64,000 nt of DNA, taken from contig JASVEC010000026.1 of the NCBI GenBank assembly GCA_030770535.1, positions 558,001 through 622,000 of the forward strand, read 5' to 3'. Positions 50,170 through 62,110 of the stretch are shown piece after piece; the stretch's first letter is position 1; each line of letters starts with the position of its first letter. Under the pieces are notes generated by a model. That model worked only from the letters and a program-made list of their open reading frames with translations, was not told the origin of the DNA and made no database searches. The position numbers were made by a program, and so were the translations under genes. This stretch comes from Batkoa obscura (Eukaryota).

Positions 50170-51918
50170 ATGAAATTATTATTATTTGGCTATCTAGCCC
50201 ATTTAACACTATCCAAAAAAGTAAGTCAGTCATGGACACTTACTGAAGCAAACCTTGCTCCCGATAATTTCTTAACAGAAGGTATCTTAATTAATGGCGG
50301 CTTTCCTGGTCCACAGATCGATGCTGTAGCAGGAGATTCAATTGAAATCAAAGTAAATAACAAGCTACATAAGAACGTAACTATCCATTGGCATGGGATT
50401 ACTCAAAAAGGGTCATGTAAATCAGACGGTGTACCAATGGTAACTCAAGACGCAATTCGTCCCGGACACCAATATACCTATAAGTTTAATGTATATGATC
50501 AGAGTGGTACTTATTTCTATCATGCACATACTGATATGGATTCAGAACATGTTTATGGACCTTTAATTATTAAAGATAAAAAGGAAGTTTGGAAAGATGT
50601 AGTTGGATTTAATGAGAAGTATCGTTATGATGAAGAAATAACTATTTTATTATCTGAAAGATGGCATAAATCAACAGAGGAATTAATACATGGATTAACT
50701 ACAGCCCCGTTTAGGTTTAGCAACCAATCTCAAAGTATATTGACTAATGGCAAAACTTATCAGAAGTGGAATACAAATGAAAATAAACAAGATGATTTTG
50801 AGGAGGATAAAAAATCACGCACTTTTAATCGTGGCTTTAGTGTTACTAATGTAAACAAAAATAAGATTTATAGGCTTAGATTGATTGGTGCAAATGGCTA
50901 TTCTGTATTCACTTTCAATATTGAAAACCATAACCTAACTATCATTGAAGCAGATGGTACCTTAGTTGACCCTATTGATGTAGATAGAGTAGAATTGAGC
51001 AGTGGCCAACGTTATTCCGTATTGCTAAAAACAAATCAAAAAGCAGATAACTACTACATGTACACCCAAGTAAGTGATGAACATCGACCAGAAGCACGTA
51101 TACCAGTAGCAAAAAACGGAGTTGCTATCCTTCATTACAATGGTGCTAAAAGCACTTCTTCATTGATACGTAAAGAAAAACAAGTGCCTGGATTACAATA
51201 TGAATATTCGCATTGGGTAGAATCAAAACTATTCACTTCACAATGGTACAACAAAGGCTTATCCAAGCATTATTACCCTGTACCAAAAAAAGTTAATAAA
51301 GAAATTAACTTGATTGTTACTTTAAGGAAGCCAGGAGGTCTTTCTAGATGGTTTATAAATGATATTGAAGCCAAACCAAGGAGCAGCGTTTTGGTAAACG
51401 ATATGGAATCAGGAAACTATAAACCAAGTCAAGGTATTTATGAAATCAATGAAGGCGATGATGTCCAAATCATTGTCCAGCACACGATGCCAACTGGCAA
51501 ACATTGTGAAGTACATCCATGGCATTTACATGGACATTCGTTTTACGTTGTTGGTCATGGGGATGGATTTTATGATCCAAAAGTGGATGGGCCAAAAATT
51601 GATAATTACTTAGCAACTACTAAAAATATGCCAGTATTAAGAGACACTTACACTCAATTTATTACCGATATCCCAGAAATTGGTCAAACTTTAAATCAAA
51701 CTAATTCTAGGCTTGGGACTATCAATGATAGTATGGATATGTTCTCTGGCCTAGAAAGTTTGGGCGAAAAACCATTAAACCCCGATGATCTCCCTTGTGG
51801 TTGGTATGCTATTCGTTTTAAGGCTGATAATCCAGGATCTTGGTTTATGCATTGTCATATGGCAGCTCATATTATTATGGGAAAAGTCGCTATTATTAAT
51901 TATGTTCCTAAGAAATAA
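50170..51918 (+). CDS. Secreted three-domain multicopper oxidase (ascorbate oxidase/laccase-like), intronless
   Basis: Signal peptide; Cu motifs HWHG, FYHAH, HPWHLHGH and WFMHCHMAAH. Confidence 0.93.
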   Translation: MKLLLFGYLAHLTLSKKVSQSWTLTEANLAPDNFLTEGILINGGFPGPQIDAVAGDSIEIKVNNKLHKNVTIHWHGITQKGSCKSDGVPMVTQDAIRPGHQYTYKFNVYDQSGTYFYHAHTDMDSEHVYGPLIIKDKKEVWKDVVGFNEKYRYDEEITILLSERWHKSTEELIHGLTTAPFRFSNQSQSILTNGKTYQKWNTNENKQDDFEEDKKSRTFNRGFSVTNVNKNKIYRLRLIGANGYSVFTFNIENHNLTIIEADGTLVDPIDVDRVELSSGQRYSVLLKTNQKADNYYMYTQVSDEHRPEARIPVAKNGVAILHYNGAKSTSSLIRKEKQVPGLQYEYSHWVESKLFTSQWYNKGLSKHYYPVPKKVNKEINLIVTLRKPGGLSRWFINDIEAKPRSSVLVNDMESGNYKPSQGIYEINEGDDVQIIVQHTMPTGKHCEVHPWHLHGHSFYVVGHGDGFYDPKVDGPKIDNYLATTKNMPVLRDTYTQFITDIPEIGQTLNQTNSRLGTINDSMDMFSGLESLGEKPLNPDDLPCGWYAIRFKADNPGSWFMHCHMAAHIIMGKVAIINYVPKK

Positions 51919-52198
51919 ATGAATTATTTTAAATTAAGGTTGTTATGATTTGTAAATCTAATATACGCCTTTGATATCTGATTGTTTTAATATTTGTACA
52001 TGAAAGTTAACTGATATAATAAACATAATATCGTGATAATGGCTAAAGTAATTTAATTTATTAAAGATTACACATTTAACATAAAATTTCTTAGTGTTTG
52101 TACTATTTATTTAGTTCAAATAAGATAATAACAAATGAATAAATGATAAAAAATTTATTTGCTATATATTATTTGGTTTTAAACTAAATTTAAAGGAA

Positions 52199-52903
52199 TC
52201 AATATCTCTTTTTGCACTTGGGTTTAGTTGAGGTAGTGGCAGGAGAAGTAGCAGTACTTTCAACAGAAGAGAATGTAGTAGATGGATCAGTAATAGTCGT
52301 AGCTGAAGATGATACAGAAGATTGTGGTTGTTCAGTAGGAGTGGTGGTATTAACTGGAGTAGATACTGACTCAGCTTGAGTGGAAGTAGCAGAACTAGGA
52401 GGTTTAGCTGCATTACAAGGAATATCAATATCCTTTAAGACTTGGAAGGACTCCATTTCTTTAACAATAGCAACACGTAACTTCAAATTTTTACATTCGC
52501 TAAGTTTAGGAGCGGTCCATTCAAAGGTGACATTAGGATCTTTATAGTCCTTAGAATCGTGAGTGAGCATTGAGCCCTCACTAGCTTTTCCTTTACAATT
52601 AGAAGAGCATTCTTTGAATCCACTTGGGGCATTAAACTTCCCATAACGTTCCTCTTCACCTCCATCTGTTACATACATTAAAATACCTTTGTATTTATCT
52701 TTTCCAGAAAGACTCAATTTAAGAGAAGTTTCTGAATTTAATTCCATAGATTTATCGATTGTGATAGCATACCCTAAATCTGAATCTATAGCACCCATAG
52801 CATCAGCTATTTTCTGGGATGAAATTGAGCACATCTTAGCCCCAGTCGATAGGGCTAAACTAGATGAAAGGATGGCTAAGGGGAATAAAATTTTAAACAT
52901 CAT
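52199..52903 (-). CDS. Secreted Reeler-domain-like protein with a Ser/Thr-rich tail, intronless
   Basis: Signal peptide; YKGILMY...GKF...C...C...LTH...K...TFEWTAP fits the Reeler pattern; S/T/P-rich linker; basic C-terminus KPKCKKRY. Confidence 0.7.
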   Translation of the reverse strand: MMFKILFPLAILSSSLALSTGAKMCSISSQKIADAMGAIDSDLGYAITIDKSMELNSETSLKLSLSGKDKYKGILMYVTDGGEEERYGKFNAPSGFKECSSNCKGKASEGSMLTHDSKDYKDPNVTFEWTAPKLSECKNLKLRVAIVKEMESFQVLKDIDIPCNAAKPPSSATSTQAESVSTPVNTTTPTEQPQSSVSSSATTITDPSTTFSSVESTATSPATTSTKPKCKKRY

Positions 52904-53579
52904 TAACAAATGTATAGGCTAGAAAATAAAGGCACTGCCAAAACTTTTTAAATTTAATAAAAGTAAAGATTAAAAAATAAGTAATGTTTCTTTTATATAT
53001 ACTTTATGTCGTTATTGATTTTATTTTGTATCAAGTAATAAAGGACATTTTTAATGTGTTTTGATTGGATTTTGTTTTTGAAATTTACCACTTTAATTAA
53101 TTATTATTCATTTCAATTAATTGATTAGATGTTTAGATAATCGTTATCTAGCTAGATGGTAACTACAATTTAATTATAATAGAATCTAATATATCAGTAC
53201 CTATTCAATATATCTTCTGTTGTTTATATTTGGAACAAATAAAAAAATCCAGATTGATGTCCTATTTATTATAAATATCTTTCAATACTTTACTAATACT
53301 AAAATATAAATGCTAGTATAATATTATTAATTGAAAAATTATAGTTCGGCTACTAATTCAAGAATCAAACTATAATTAGCTCATTTATCCACTCATTTAA
53401 TTTAAATGATTGTAATGCCTTTTGTTTCTTTCTTAGTCTTTGTTACCCCCTAAAGTTAGCGCAACATATTTTTTTTGCAAAAAGCTAAGAAAAAAATAAG
53501 GAATGCCATTTCTTGTCATTATTTTTCATTTTATAAAACGTAAAATTCACAAATTATGAAAAAAACTGAAAAAAACCAT

Positions 53580-53679
53580 TGAGGACGTTTTTTTGGCTTC
53601 GCTTATTTTTCCATTTTTTAACGTTAAAAAAAATTCTTAATAAAATTCTTAATAAAATTCTTAAACAGAGACATGCCCA
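53580..53679 (+). mobile_element. MITE family A, copy 14 (degenerate, internal AAAATTCTTAA triplication)
   Basis: tgaggacgttttttggcttc...aaaattcttaaacagagacatgccca. Confidence 0.6.
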
Positions 53680-53688
53680 TTTTAATTA

Positions 53689-53858
53689 CAGCAAAAACAG
53701 ATTGATTTCGTGATTCAATAAATTGAATTCCTTGTTAGCTTAAATTAATTTTTTGGTTGGAATTAACATATAATTTAGCTTTCATCAGATTTTGAAATCA
53801 ATTTGAGCTAATTTCAAGGAATTCAATTTGTTGAATCACGAAATCAACCTGTTTGCTG
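53689..53858. mobile_element. Putative MITE/foldback family D (~170 bp, ~60-bp TIRs)
   Basis: cagcaaaaacagattgatttcgtgattcaataaattgaattccttg pairs with caaggaattcaatttgttgaatcacgaaatcaacctgtttgctg; the left end is TA|CAG. Confidence 0.7.
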
Positions 53859-54233
53859 CATTCTTCATTAAATTACTTTCTACCAATAAGAATAACAATT
53901 TTTCTACTATTTTAAAAGATCCCATAAGTTAATTAATATTATATATTTATTAGGTTATTCTCAATTTTATTTCTTTTTTTACAGGATTTATTAGTCAACT
54001 TTGGGTTTAATAGCTTTCTATTTTTTAAAATAGATGAGCTCTTAATATTAAACTAATTTTATCTCATTGAATGTTTTATTTGGTGTTTAAAGTTTTCGCT
54101 CCTAATTTTTCCTTAAAGAAAAGGTAGAGATCCATAGTACATTGTTTATTATTGTTAATAATTAATGCCTCCGATTCTCTTATAATTCGCAATTTATAAA
54201 AAAATAAAAAAATAGAAAGTAAAACTATGATAT

Positions 54234-55577
54234 TTATTCTATTAAAAAATGAGCTTTTGGAAATAACAGATGAAGATGAGGGATGATATCCTTATTGATA
54301 AACTCATAACAATGACAGCGTCTAAGAGAAGTATGGGGATTAATGGATTTAACGATAGTATTATTGAAATCGAAACTAACGAAAGACAGGTTTAAAACCT
54401 TTAATTTTGGTATATTGACGTGAGAATGAGTGAATAAAAAGTCAAAGAAATGCTCTTGTATTAAATCAAAACCAATTACATCAAGTTGGGTTAAGGATGG
54501 TAATTTCAATTGACTATTTTGAAATAAAACATCACTAAATTCATTGTTTTTGGTATATAACTTTAGATACTTTAAATGTTGAAATTGATTAATGTTTTCT
54601 AATAAATTAGTCTGTTTGACTACATTGTGTTCATACGGTAACAGCTCAATCCTCTCACATTTCGGGAAATAATATTTTAATTCTATGAAGTTGTTGCTAT
54701 TCAATGGCTCTATCTTTACTTTCTTTAAGTTAGTAAATGGTGACTTAATAGGTAAAGTAATGTTCAATTTCGAAAACAAACTACTATCATTGTTCATAGT
54801 ATTATATTCGATACTATTATTAACATAACTATTGAAATAAGCATAATAATCTTGATTCAATTGTTCAGAGATTAAGTTCAAGTCTTCTAATTTTGGCAAC
54901 AGCAAAGGGTCTAGTTTCAAATTAAAGAAGGGGTTCAAGTCAACTAAATCTATTAAAGGTTGGGATTGAAATACTAAACTTAATTTATTTAAATACTCGA
55001 ATCGAAGATTAAATAACAACTTTAATATGGGAAAAGTGAATTTGATATTTAATTCTAATTTGACTAAATACTTTAATTGTGTTTCGAAATTGATCAATTC
55101 TATGCTATTGTTTTGAACTATCTTTAAGTGTCGTATACTTATGATATTCGATAATACTTTGTTTATAGATTTATTGTTGTTTATATTTAGTAATGATAAT
55201 GACTTTAGCTTGTTAATGCCAATTAGTTTGATTATGTTATTTATGTTATTGTCACTATCACTATTGGTATCTCTATTATTACTATTATATCCTAGACTAT
55301 AGCTATTATAGCTATTATGATCATATTCCAGGCAACGCAAATTATCAATTTGATCAAAATCAACATAATCTAAATTACTGCTATTATTTATATATAAATA
55401 TCGAATATACTTTAGATTATTAACATAAATAAGCTCATTATGGGTGGTGCTTTGGTCATTTAAATGTTCGCATAGCAAGTGGATGGTTTTATTCAACTTC
55501 TTTAATATATCCCTTTCATGTTTATTAAAATTTGTTAATATCTCTTCAATAATGAATATGGGTAAGTTGTTAAACAT
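54234..55577 (-). CDS. F-box-like protein with degenerate leucine-rich repeats, intronless (447 aa)
   Basis: N-terminal FNNLPIFIIEEIL..LKKLNK; repeated LxxLxL motifs (LPKLEDLNL, FTNLKKVKI, LPSLTQLDV, IPKLKVLNL). Confidence 0.65.
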   Translation of the reverse strand: MFNNLPIFIIEEILTNFNKHERDILKKLNKTIHLLCEHLNDQSTTHNELIYVNNLKYIRYLYINNSSNLDYVDFDQIDNLRCLEYDHNSYNSYSLGYNSNNRDTNSDSDNNINNIIKLIGINKLKSLSLLNINNNKSINKVLSNIISIRHLKIVQNNSIELINFETQLKYLVKLELNIKFTFPILKLLFNLRFEYLNKLSLVFQSQPLIDLVDLNPFFNLKLDPLLLPKLEDLNLISEQLNQDYYAYFNSYVNNSIEYNTMNNDSSLFSKLNITLPIKSPFTNLKKVKIEPLNSNNFIELKYYFPKCERIELLPYEHNVVKQTNLLENINQFQHLKYLKLYTKNNEFSDVLFQNSQLKLPSLTQLDVIGFDLIQEHFFDFLFTHSHVNIPKLKVLNLSFVSFDFNNTIVKSINPHTSLRRCHCYEFINKDIIPHLHLLFPKAHFLIE

Positions 55578-55903
55578 TTGGAGAATTATGTTATTGTTCT
55601 ATAATTTCACCCCTCTGCTATTATGCTTCTCTTTCTATATTTCTATATCTATTATCCTTCTACTAGGACTAAACACTTATCTTGAGTTTTAAACTTATTA
55701 ACTAAATTTTCGAAATTTTAAAAAGTAAAACCAGTTTTTCATTTTACTTTTATAAATCATAAATTTCGGAAAAGAATAAACTAAAATTTAATTATCAAAT
55801 TAATAAAATTAGTAAATCACTTCAACTCAAACTCCATAAACAATTCATAATTGGTTAGCTCTGCTTTATTTAATAAAAAAAGTGGTAAAATTCAACTTCA
55901 CCA

Positions 55904-56257
55904 TTAATTAGCCAATGCTGCCTGGATTCTATTATTCAAATCCCTATCACTTGCTTCCATGATGGGTTGAGCAGCCTGGTTGATCAATTGATCAAAGCGT
56001 TGGTTTGATACCCCAAATATATTAGCTAATTGTCGCACTCCGGGTAATGGAATGGGCCCACTTCTAGATACAGATCCCAAACGAGTTGGACTTTCCGTAA
56101 TCCATCTTTCCCCCCCATCCGCATCGGTAGTGGTCGTGGTGACACTGCCATCCTGGTTGGTCACTTTATTGACGTTTTGGCGACGTTGAATGCTCAAGGA
56201 AGAACTGGGCTTTAGAAATAGGAGTATGGTGGTTAGTACTAATAACTTATAATTCAT
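55904..56257 (-). CDS. Small secreted protein (117 aa)
   Basis: Signal peptide MNYKLLVLTTILLFLKPSSS, then IQRR (Kex2-like dibasic site); GC higher than flanks. Confidence 0.7.
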   Translation of the reverse strand: MNYKLLVLTTILLFLKPSSSLSIQRRQNVNKVTNQDGSVTTTTTDADGGERWITESPTRLGSVSRSGPIPLPGVRQLANIFGVSNQRFDQLINQAAQPIMEASDRDLNNRIQAALAN

Positions 56258-59200
56258 GCTTTCTTTTTTTATTGAAGTCTGAAATTTTTGGGGTTGCTTT
56301 TATGTTGATATTAAAAGTTACCTTGATCATTTTTTATTAATTGGTGCCTTGTATTTATTAATTTGATTCATAGGACTTTAATAGCTTGAGAAACCTCTTG
56401 TTTTTATTGAAAAAAACTAATTTAATATTAAAGTAATGTTTATTTATTAAATAAGCCTAATTTATGGTCAACGACTTTTTAGTACGCCTACAATTAATCA
56501 ATGAATTAATAAATTATCACCTATTATTATAATTTTTAATTAATTTTCATATTATTAATATTATAATGAATGTAATGTTTGTTACTTTTGTAATTTTATT
56601 ATTTTTTAAATTTATAAAAAAAATAAACTTATAAGCAACAAATTTTTTTCATATATTGTAATATATTTATGGTATCAAAATGCCATAAAGCACCAAGCAC
56701 GCTGATTTTAATAATAATTTTACTATATTATTATAACTATTTACAACAAAAAGCATTAAAAAGACATTTAAAAGGTAATATTCAAATGACTACATCGGGA
56801 ATTAAACATACCTAATCATTTCTTTTTTTTTTAAAAATAACAAAACTTTAAACACAAATTTATATAGACATATCGGTAGTTACAGGTAACTAGATATTAA
56901 TTTTAAGAATAGATAGTAATCAAATAATAACAATTTTAAGTGCTTAAGATTATAATATTGAATTTTAGGTTCAAATTTAAAGAATCAAACATCGTTTGGA
57001 AGTCCAATCCATCTATTAATAAATTATGTAATAAATATATATAGATAGAAGTATGATAAATATTTGATTTATTTTAAAAAACACAATACTTTAAGTAATA
57101 AAACTATTTAGGGTTTTATTAAATATAAAAAAAAGTTATTTATAGTTTTTAATATTCAATTTCACATGTGTTTATAATAAACATAGTTGGATAATATATT
57201 ATTTAGTGATTTAATTTTTTTAATTCTTTCAACTATTTGAAATCTGATATTAAAGTTTTGCAAATTTTTCATAAATGGATAGTGATTAAAATTTGGGCAT
57301 AAAGTATTTCTAGTACTGATTTAAACGCTTTTTAAATCTAGATTGTAATAAATAACACAAAAGTTGATATTTTAACCAAAACCAACACCTAAAGATTTAG
57401 GCATCTTTGTTATTCTATTCACTTATTGAACATTGAGACAAGAATACACGGATAGTTACTTTTTTATAGTAATTATAATGTTTAAGCTAGATGATACTGT
57501 GTACAAATTATATAAGCTAATTTCTTTAGGACTTTATAGGCAGAAAGGTTAATAGTTGTGCAGATATAAGCTTATGAGGATATAAATTTGTGCCGATAAA
57601 AATTACAAGACATATTTAGGTATAGACAAACTTATTATCTAAGGGAAATTTAACGAAAGGTTTTGAAATCTAACATTTTTTTCCAAATACTCATTAAGCT
57701 AAAAGATTAAATTTTTTTTTTAAAAAGTGCGCAATAGAGAAGGGAGCAAATTATAGCAATACTATTTCTGCTTAAGACAGACTTATTTAGCTTCGAAAAA
57801 TAAGTTCAATTGTTTTTTTTAAACTAGAAATATAATTTGCATAAATTATTTTATAGACCAACCCAGCAAAAAGCTGCACCTTTGGGATAGGTTAAAGCAG
57901 CAAAAATCTCAATACAAATGTTAAGTGGATTTAAAACATTTAAATAATTACCAAAATAATGACATTATAAATATTATAAAATAATAATTGTTGAAATTGC
58001 ATATAAAAAATAGATAATAAAACCACTTGTTTTCCATATCAAAAAAATGTGATAACGCAAAGTAAAATCAAAGGTTTTCAAAACTTGTATTTATTCGGTT
58101 CATTTTCATAAATGCTGTGTACAATTAATTTGACAAAAGGATTCTGTAAGCGACGAGAAACAGATGTTATAACAATTAGTTTAACATGTATACAATTCAT
58201 AATAATGGTATATTATGATAAAGGTTTACCTTAATAAATAGACCGGCTTTAGATATAAATATGGGATGAAACTATATAGAACAAATATCCATAGTTTTAC
58301 AAAATTAAGGTAAATTGTGAGTTATTCTTAACTCAATAACAAGTTGTTATAACTGAACCCCATTTTTTTTTAAAAAGATCATTACTATAGTTTAAAAAAT
58401 AATAGCTCCTGTTAAAGAATTGTTTCTCTTTTCAATAATAAGTTTAAAAAAATCATAGCAGTATTATAAGGTGAGATAAAGTTGTTCATTAGATTTCATT
58501 TTTTAGGAATATAGAAATTTATTTGCGAATCTATTTTTAAACTGCAAATTTATTATGGTATTGGATTAATGCTAATCTATAATCAGATCCCATCCCCTCT
58601 TCACTTCTTTGTACTAATATCAGTCTATGAGTTAATGCTATCTGCTTATTATGAGAATTATTATAAATATAGATAGTATAATAGTTTTTGTATTATTATT
58701 TAAATTAATTAAATTCTACTTATTTATAATTAGGTATAAAGTGTTAAATATTTAAAATTATTTTGTAGTTTAAATTATTTTTACTCTTTTGTATAAAGTG
58801 ATAAAAAAGTGACTTTAATTGGCTAAAAATATTAATAGTCATGTTAAGCATTATTTAAATCAGAAGATTTCCCTATAACTATTTTAGCTACAAATATTTA
58901 TATTAAATTAACATTAAATTAATATTCATAAAGCAAGATGAGATAGATAAGGTTCAAAAGGATTACTATCCATATAGTAGCACAAGAGTTATAAATTATT
59001 CTTGAAGCTTTAACTGTTAAAAATACTAGAAAATTATAGAAGGAGGTGTTTAAATTATAATTTATAAAAAAAGAGAGAAAATTTGTTATAAATTACTATG
59101 AAAATAAACAATATAGTTGTTTGACATAATAAAATCCGACAATTTGTAATCTTACTATTATATTTGATAGAATGAGGTCACTTTATAGTATTTATTCCTA

Positions 59201-59479
59201 TATTTTGTCTTACTAACGTTGGATATAAATTAAATGTGGGTTTTTAATTGATTCGGATCCCTTTAAAACTTGGTAAGTTAAAGCACATTATTTAATGTAG
59301 AAAAAAAGAATATAGCGACAGACAGAAGCATTAAATTAGAAAATAGAAGTGAAAGTGAATAGTATAAATATGCGTAAAAAGAAATTAAAAAATGTAAAAA
59401 TATTATAATAATTTTATCCTAATAGCATTATTTTATTCAATAACTTTTTTCAGTTTCTTTACCTTGCTAATTAATAATA

Positions 59480-60124
59480 ATGGATTACAATCACCTTTAC
59501 TCTATAAACTCTAATTTAATCAATCATCAACAAAATGCATTATTTGTAAACAGCAACTTAATGCATTCTAATAACTATACTGTACCATCTAATATACCTC
59601 ATAATTCAAGTACCGGAGATGTGTTAAGATATTTAAACCCAATTCCGTTTTCATCACCAACAAGTATTGAATTTAGCCAATGGGAATCCTTACCAAGTAG
59701 CCCAAAAGAAATGTCAGATAATAACAATGTTGCCGATATTACTAATAACGTTAATACCATTGAACCTTTAATTAATAAGACTCCAAGTTCGAGAGCATTG
59801 AAAGCTAAACGTTGTCCTACTAATAAATGCGAATGTGGAGGGAAAACTGGGTGTACAAAGGAAGGATGCATGAAATCGATAGGATGCCATGAATGCCCAG
59901 TATGTGGGTTGGAATTCTCAAGAAAAAATTCAATGAGAAGACATGTGTTAACACATATTAATTTAAGGCCTTATCACTGCAAGGACTGTGATAAATCATT
60001 CTATAGGTCGGATATTTATAAAAGACATTTAGTTTCTAAACGTTGTAGACGTAATGCTACCAATAACCATTTCTTGGCTTTATGCCAACAGCTACCCAAA
60101 CATCAAAGTTTTAACTATTTATAA
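59480..60124 (+). CDS. C2H2 zinc-finger transcription factor (two fingers), intronless
   Basis: HECPVCGLEFSRKNSMRRHVLTH-INLRPY-HCKDCDKSFYRSDIYKRH. Confidence 0.88.
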   Translation: MDYNHLYSINSNLINHQQNALFVNSNLMHSNNYTVPSNIPHNSSTGDVLRYLNPIPFSSPTSIEFSQWESLPSSPKEMSDNNNVADITNNVNTIEPLINKTPSSRALKAKRCPTNKCECGGKTGCTKEGCMKSIGCHECPVCGLEFSRKNSMRRHVLTHINLRPYHCKDCDKSFYRSDIYKRHLVSKRCRRNATNNHFLALCQQLPKHQSFNYL

Positions 60125-60499
60125 AAAAAATCATTTTATAATTTATTTTAATAGCAATATTAAAGTGAGTTATAAATTCTTATATTCTAATTAAAAAAAT
60201 TAATAATAAACCTAATTTTAATGTATAAAAGAAGTAACTATTAACTTTTTTTGATCGAATTGCAAACCCTTAGTTTAATTAATATTGCAGCTTTTAATTA
60301 TTTTTTATTCATTTTAGGTTTTAGAAAAATGCCACTTAAAACCCACATAAAAAGCAACAAAGAAGATTCAATATATTAAACTTATTTATAAAAGATTAAT
60401 TAATTAAAAAACTAAAAATAAAATAAAGTTTGATAACAATACGCTTAAATTTAATTTAACAGTTTATCCTCCACCATTGTTTATATTTAAACCATCTTT

Positions 60500-62110
60500 T
60501 CATATATTAAGTAGCACCTTAAATACTAGCGCTTTATATCTGCCATTCCCATTCTCCTCATTTCAATCTTAATTCTTAAATGTAAAACTTATTACTGAAA
60601 AAATAATATTTGTGACTATTAACAGTTGAATTTAAAAAGGCTTTAACGTTTGTCAAATTAACCTCTATACTCCCTGGTATCTAGATAATATTTGTCTCCA
60701 CTTTTTCCAAGTTTTAATGATACAAATACATTAAATAATTTTTTAACTTGAGTTTTTAATATAGCCCAATTTATGATTTGATATCTTTCTAGAAACCAAT
60801 TGATAAAACTCGGCCTTTTGTTTATTTTTTTTCTCTCCTGCTCTATTCTATAAATAAATAGACTCCTTGCTAGCCTTCAACCTAATGCATATTCTTTCAA
60901 AATTTATTACAGTATATTGAGTTGTTTCTAAAGTACTCCCCCTCCTTGGGGAAATCCGTATGGGTAAAGGTGTAGAGTTGCTACAGTCAAATTTTTTTGC
61001 ATGAAAAGTATTTTATCTTTAGACATAAAAGATATTTGGTATTGTAGTTAATAGTCTTTTTATTTTTTTGCTCAAGAAAGAGAGATTACTTGGGAAAAAC
61101 CTTATAAGTGAAAAAGGGTATTTTCATAAAGTTTAACCTGATGTTTTTGAATAGTTCACCTAAACATATAGCAATACAAACTTTAAAGTTCAATTGTGAA
61201 GCATAAACCCCTCATTTAAGAATAAGTACTCGACGCGAATTTTGATAAAGCCCAATCCTTGGGCTTTTTTTAAAGGAAGCAAATAAATAGCAGTCGAAGA
61301 AATTTTGTGAGAAATAGCACTTTTGAATTTTAATAGTAATAGTTTATATTTTCAAAATATAAGAACTTGAAAACTTGAAAATAAATTAGTGGATCCTCTT
61401 TATTGGTGTATCTGTAATTTTATTTTGATAACAAAACTTTAAGAATAAAGAATTTTAAGAATATATCTAAAATAGACTATAATTATTTCAGATCACCTAT
61501 TTAACTATCAAGTTCTATTGAGAAATATTACTTTTATACTGACATTATCAAAAAGAAATACCAATATTGATTTATTGTTGATTTAATATCAATAACTTTC
61601 AAAGAAATAAATTCAATTAAAAGGCTATAATATGTAATAAGTACATGATTTTAAATCAAGGGATGGCTTCGCCTCACATCTTCATTCATATCTTTAGAGA
61701 AGATTTATTAATATAATAGAATACTATAAGTTTATTTAATTTATTTTGGATAGTAATTATCCAGTTAAGGAGGAGGAATAATCATTTTTGTACAATTTTT
61801 TTGACAAACACTTTGCACTATTTTGCTTCTAGATTTAAAAAAAAAACAATGTTAACTTAAATGTATTTTTCTCATAAAATAGTATCACCAATTCATAAAC
61901 AACCCGTATAGAATAAATGCCACTTATTCATGTATACTTAACGCTAATAATCATCAGCTATCTGTAAACGGATACTATATGACAGACAATATCTATTCTT
62001 AAATACCCATTTATATAGAATATTTCCCACGCATTTACCAATGACTGATACTCAGTGGTCACTTGCTATGTATTCGGCCATAGTTTATAACCTTTGATGA
62101 ATTTAATTAA
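60500..62110 (+). pseudogene. Possible heavily decayed 3' part of an L1-type non-LTR retrotransposon ORF2
   Basis: Scattered + strand peptides in L1 order and spacing: YLPFPFSSFQ (60537), KFI*FILDSNYPVK (61728), FCTIFLTNTLHYF, WSLAMYSAIVYNL**; many stops. Confidence 0.3.

Noticed and set aside
59230..60350. Short inverted match (ATGTGGGTTTT / AAAACCCACAT) flanking the C2H2 gene, suggesting gene capture by a transposon
   Set aside because: The match is short and imperfect beyond the core, with no evident target-site duplication.
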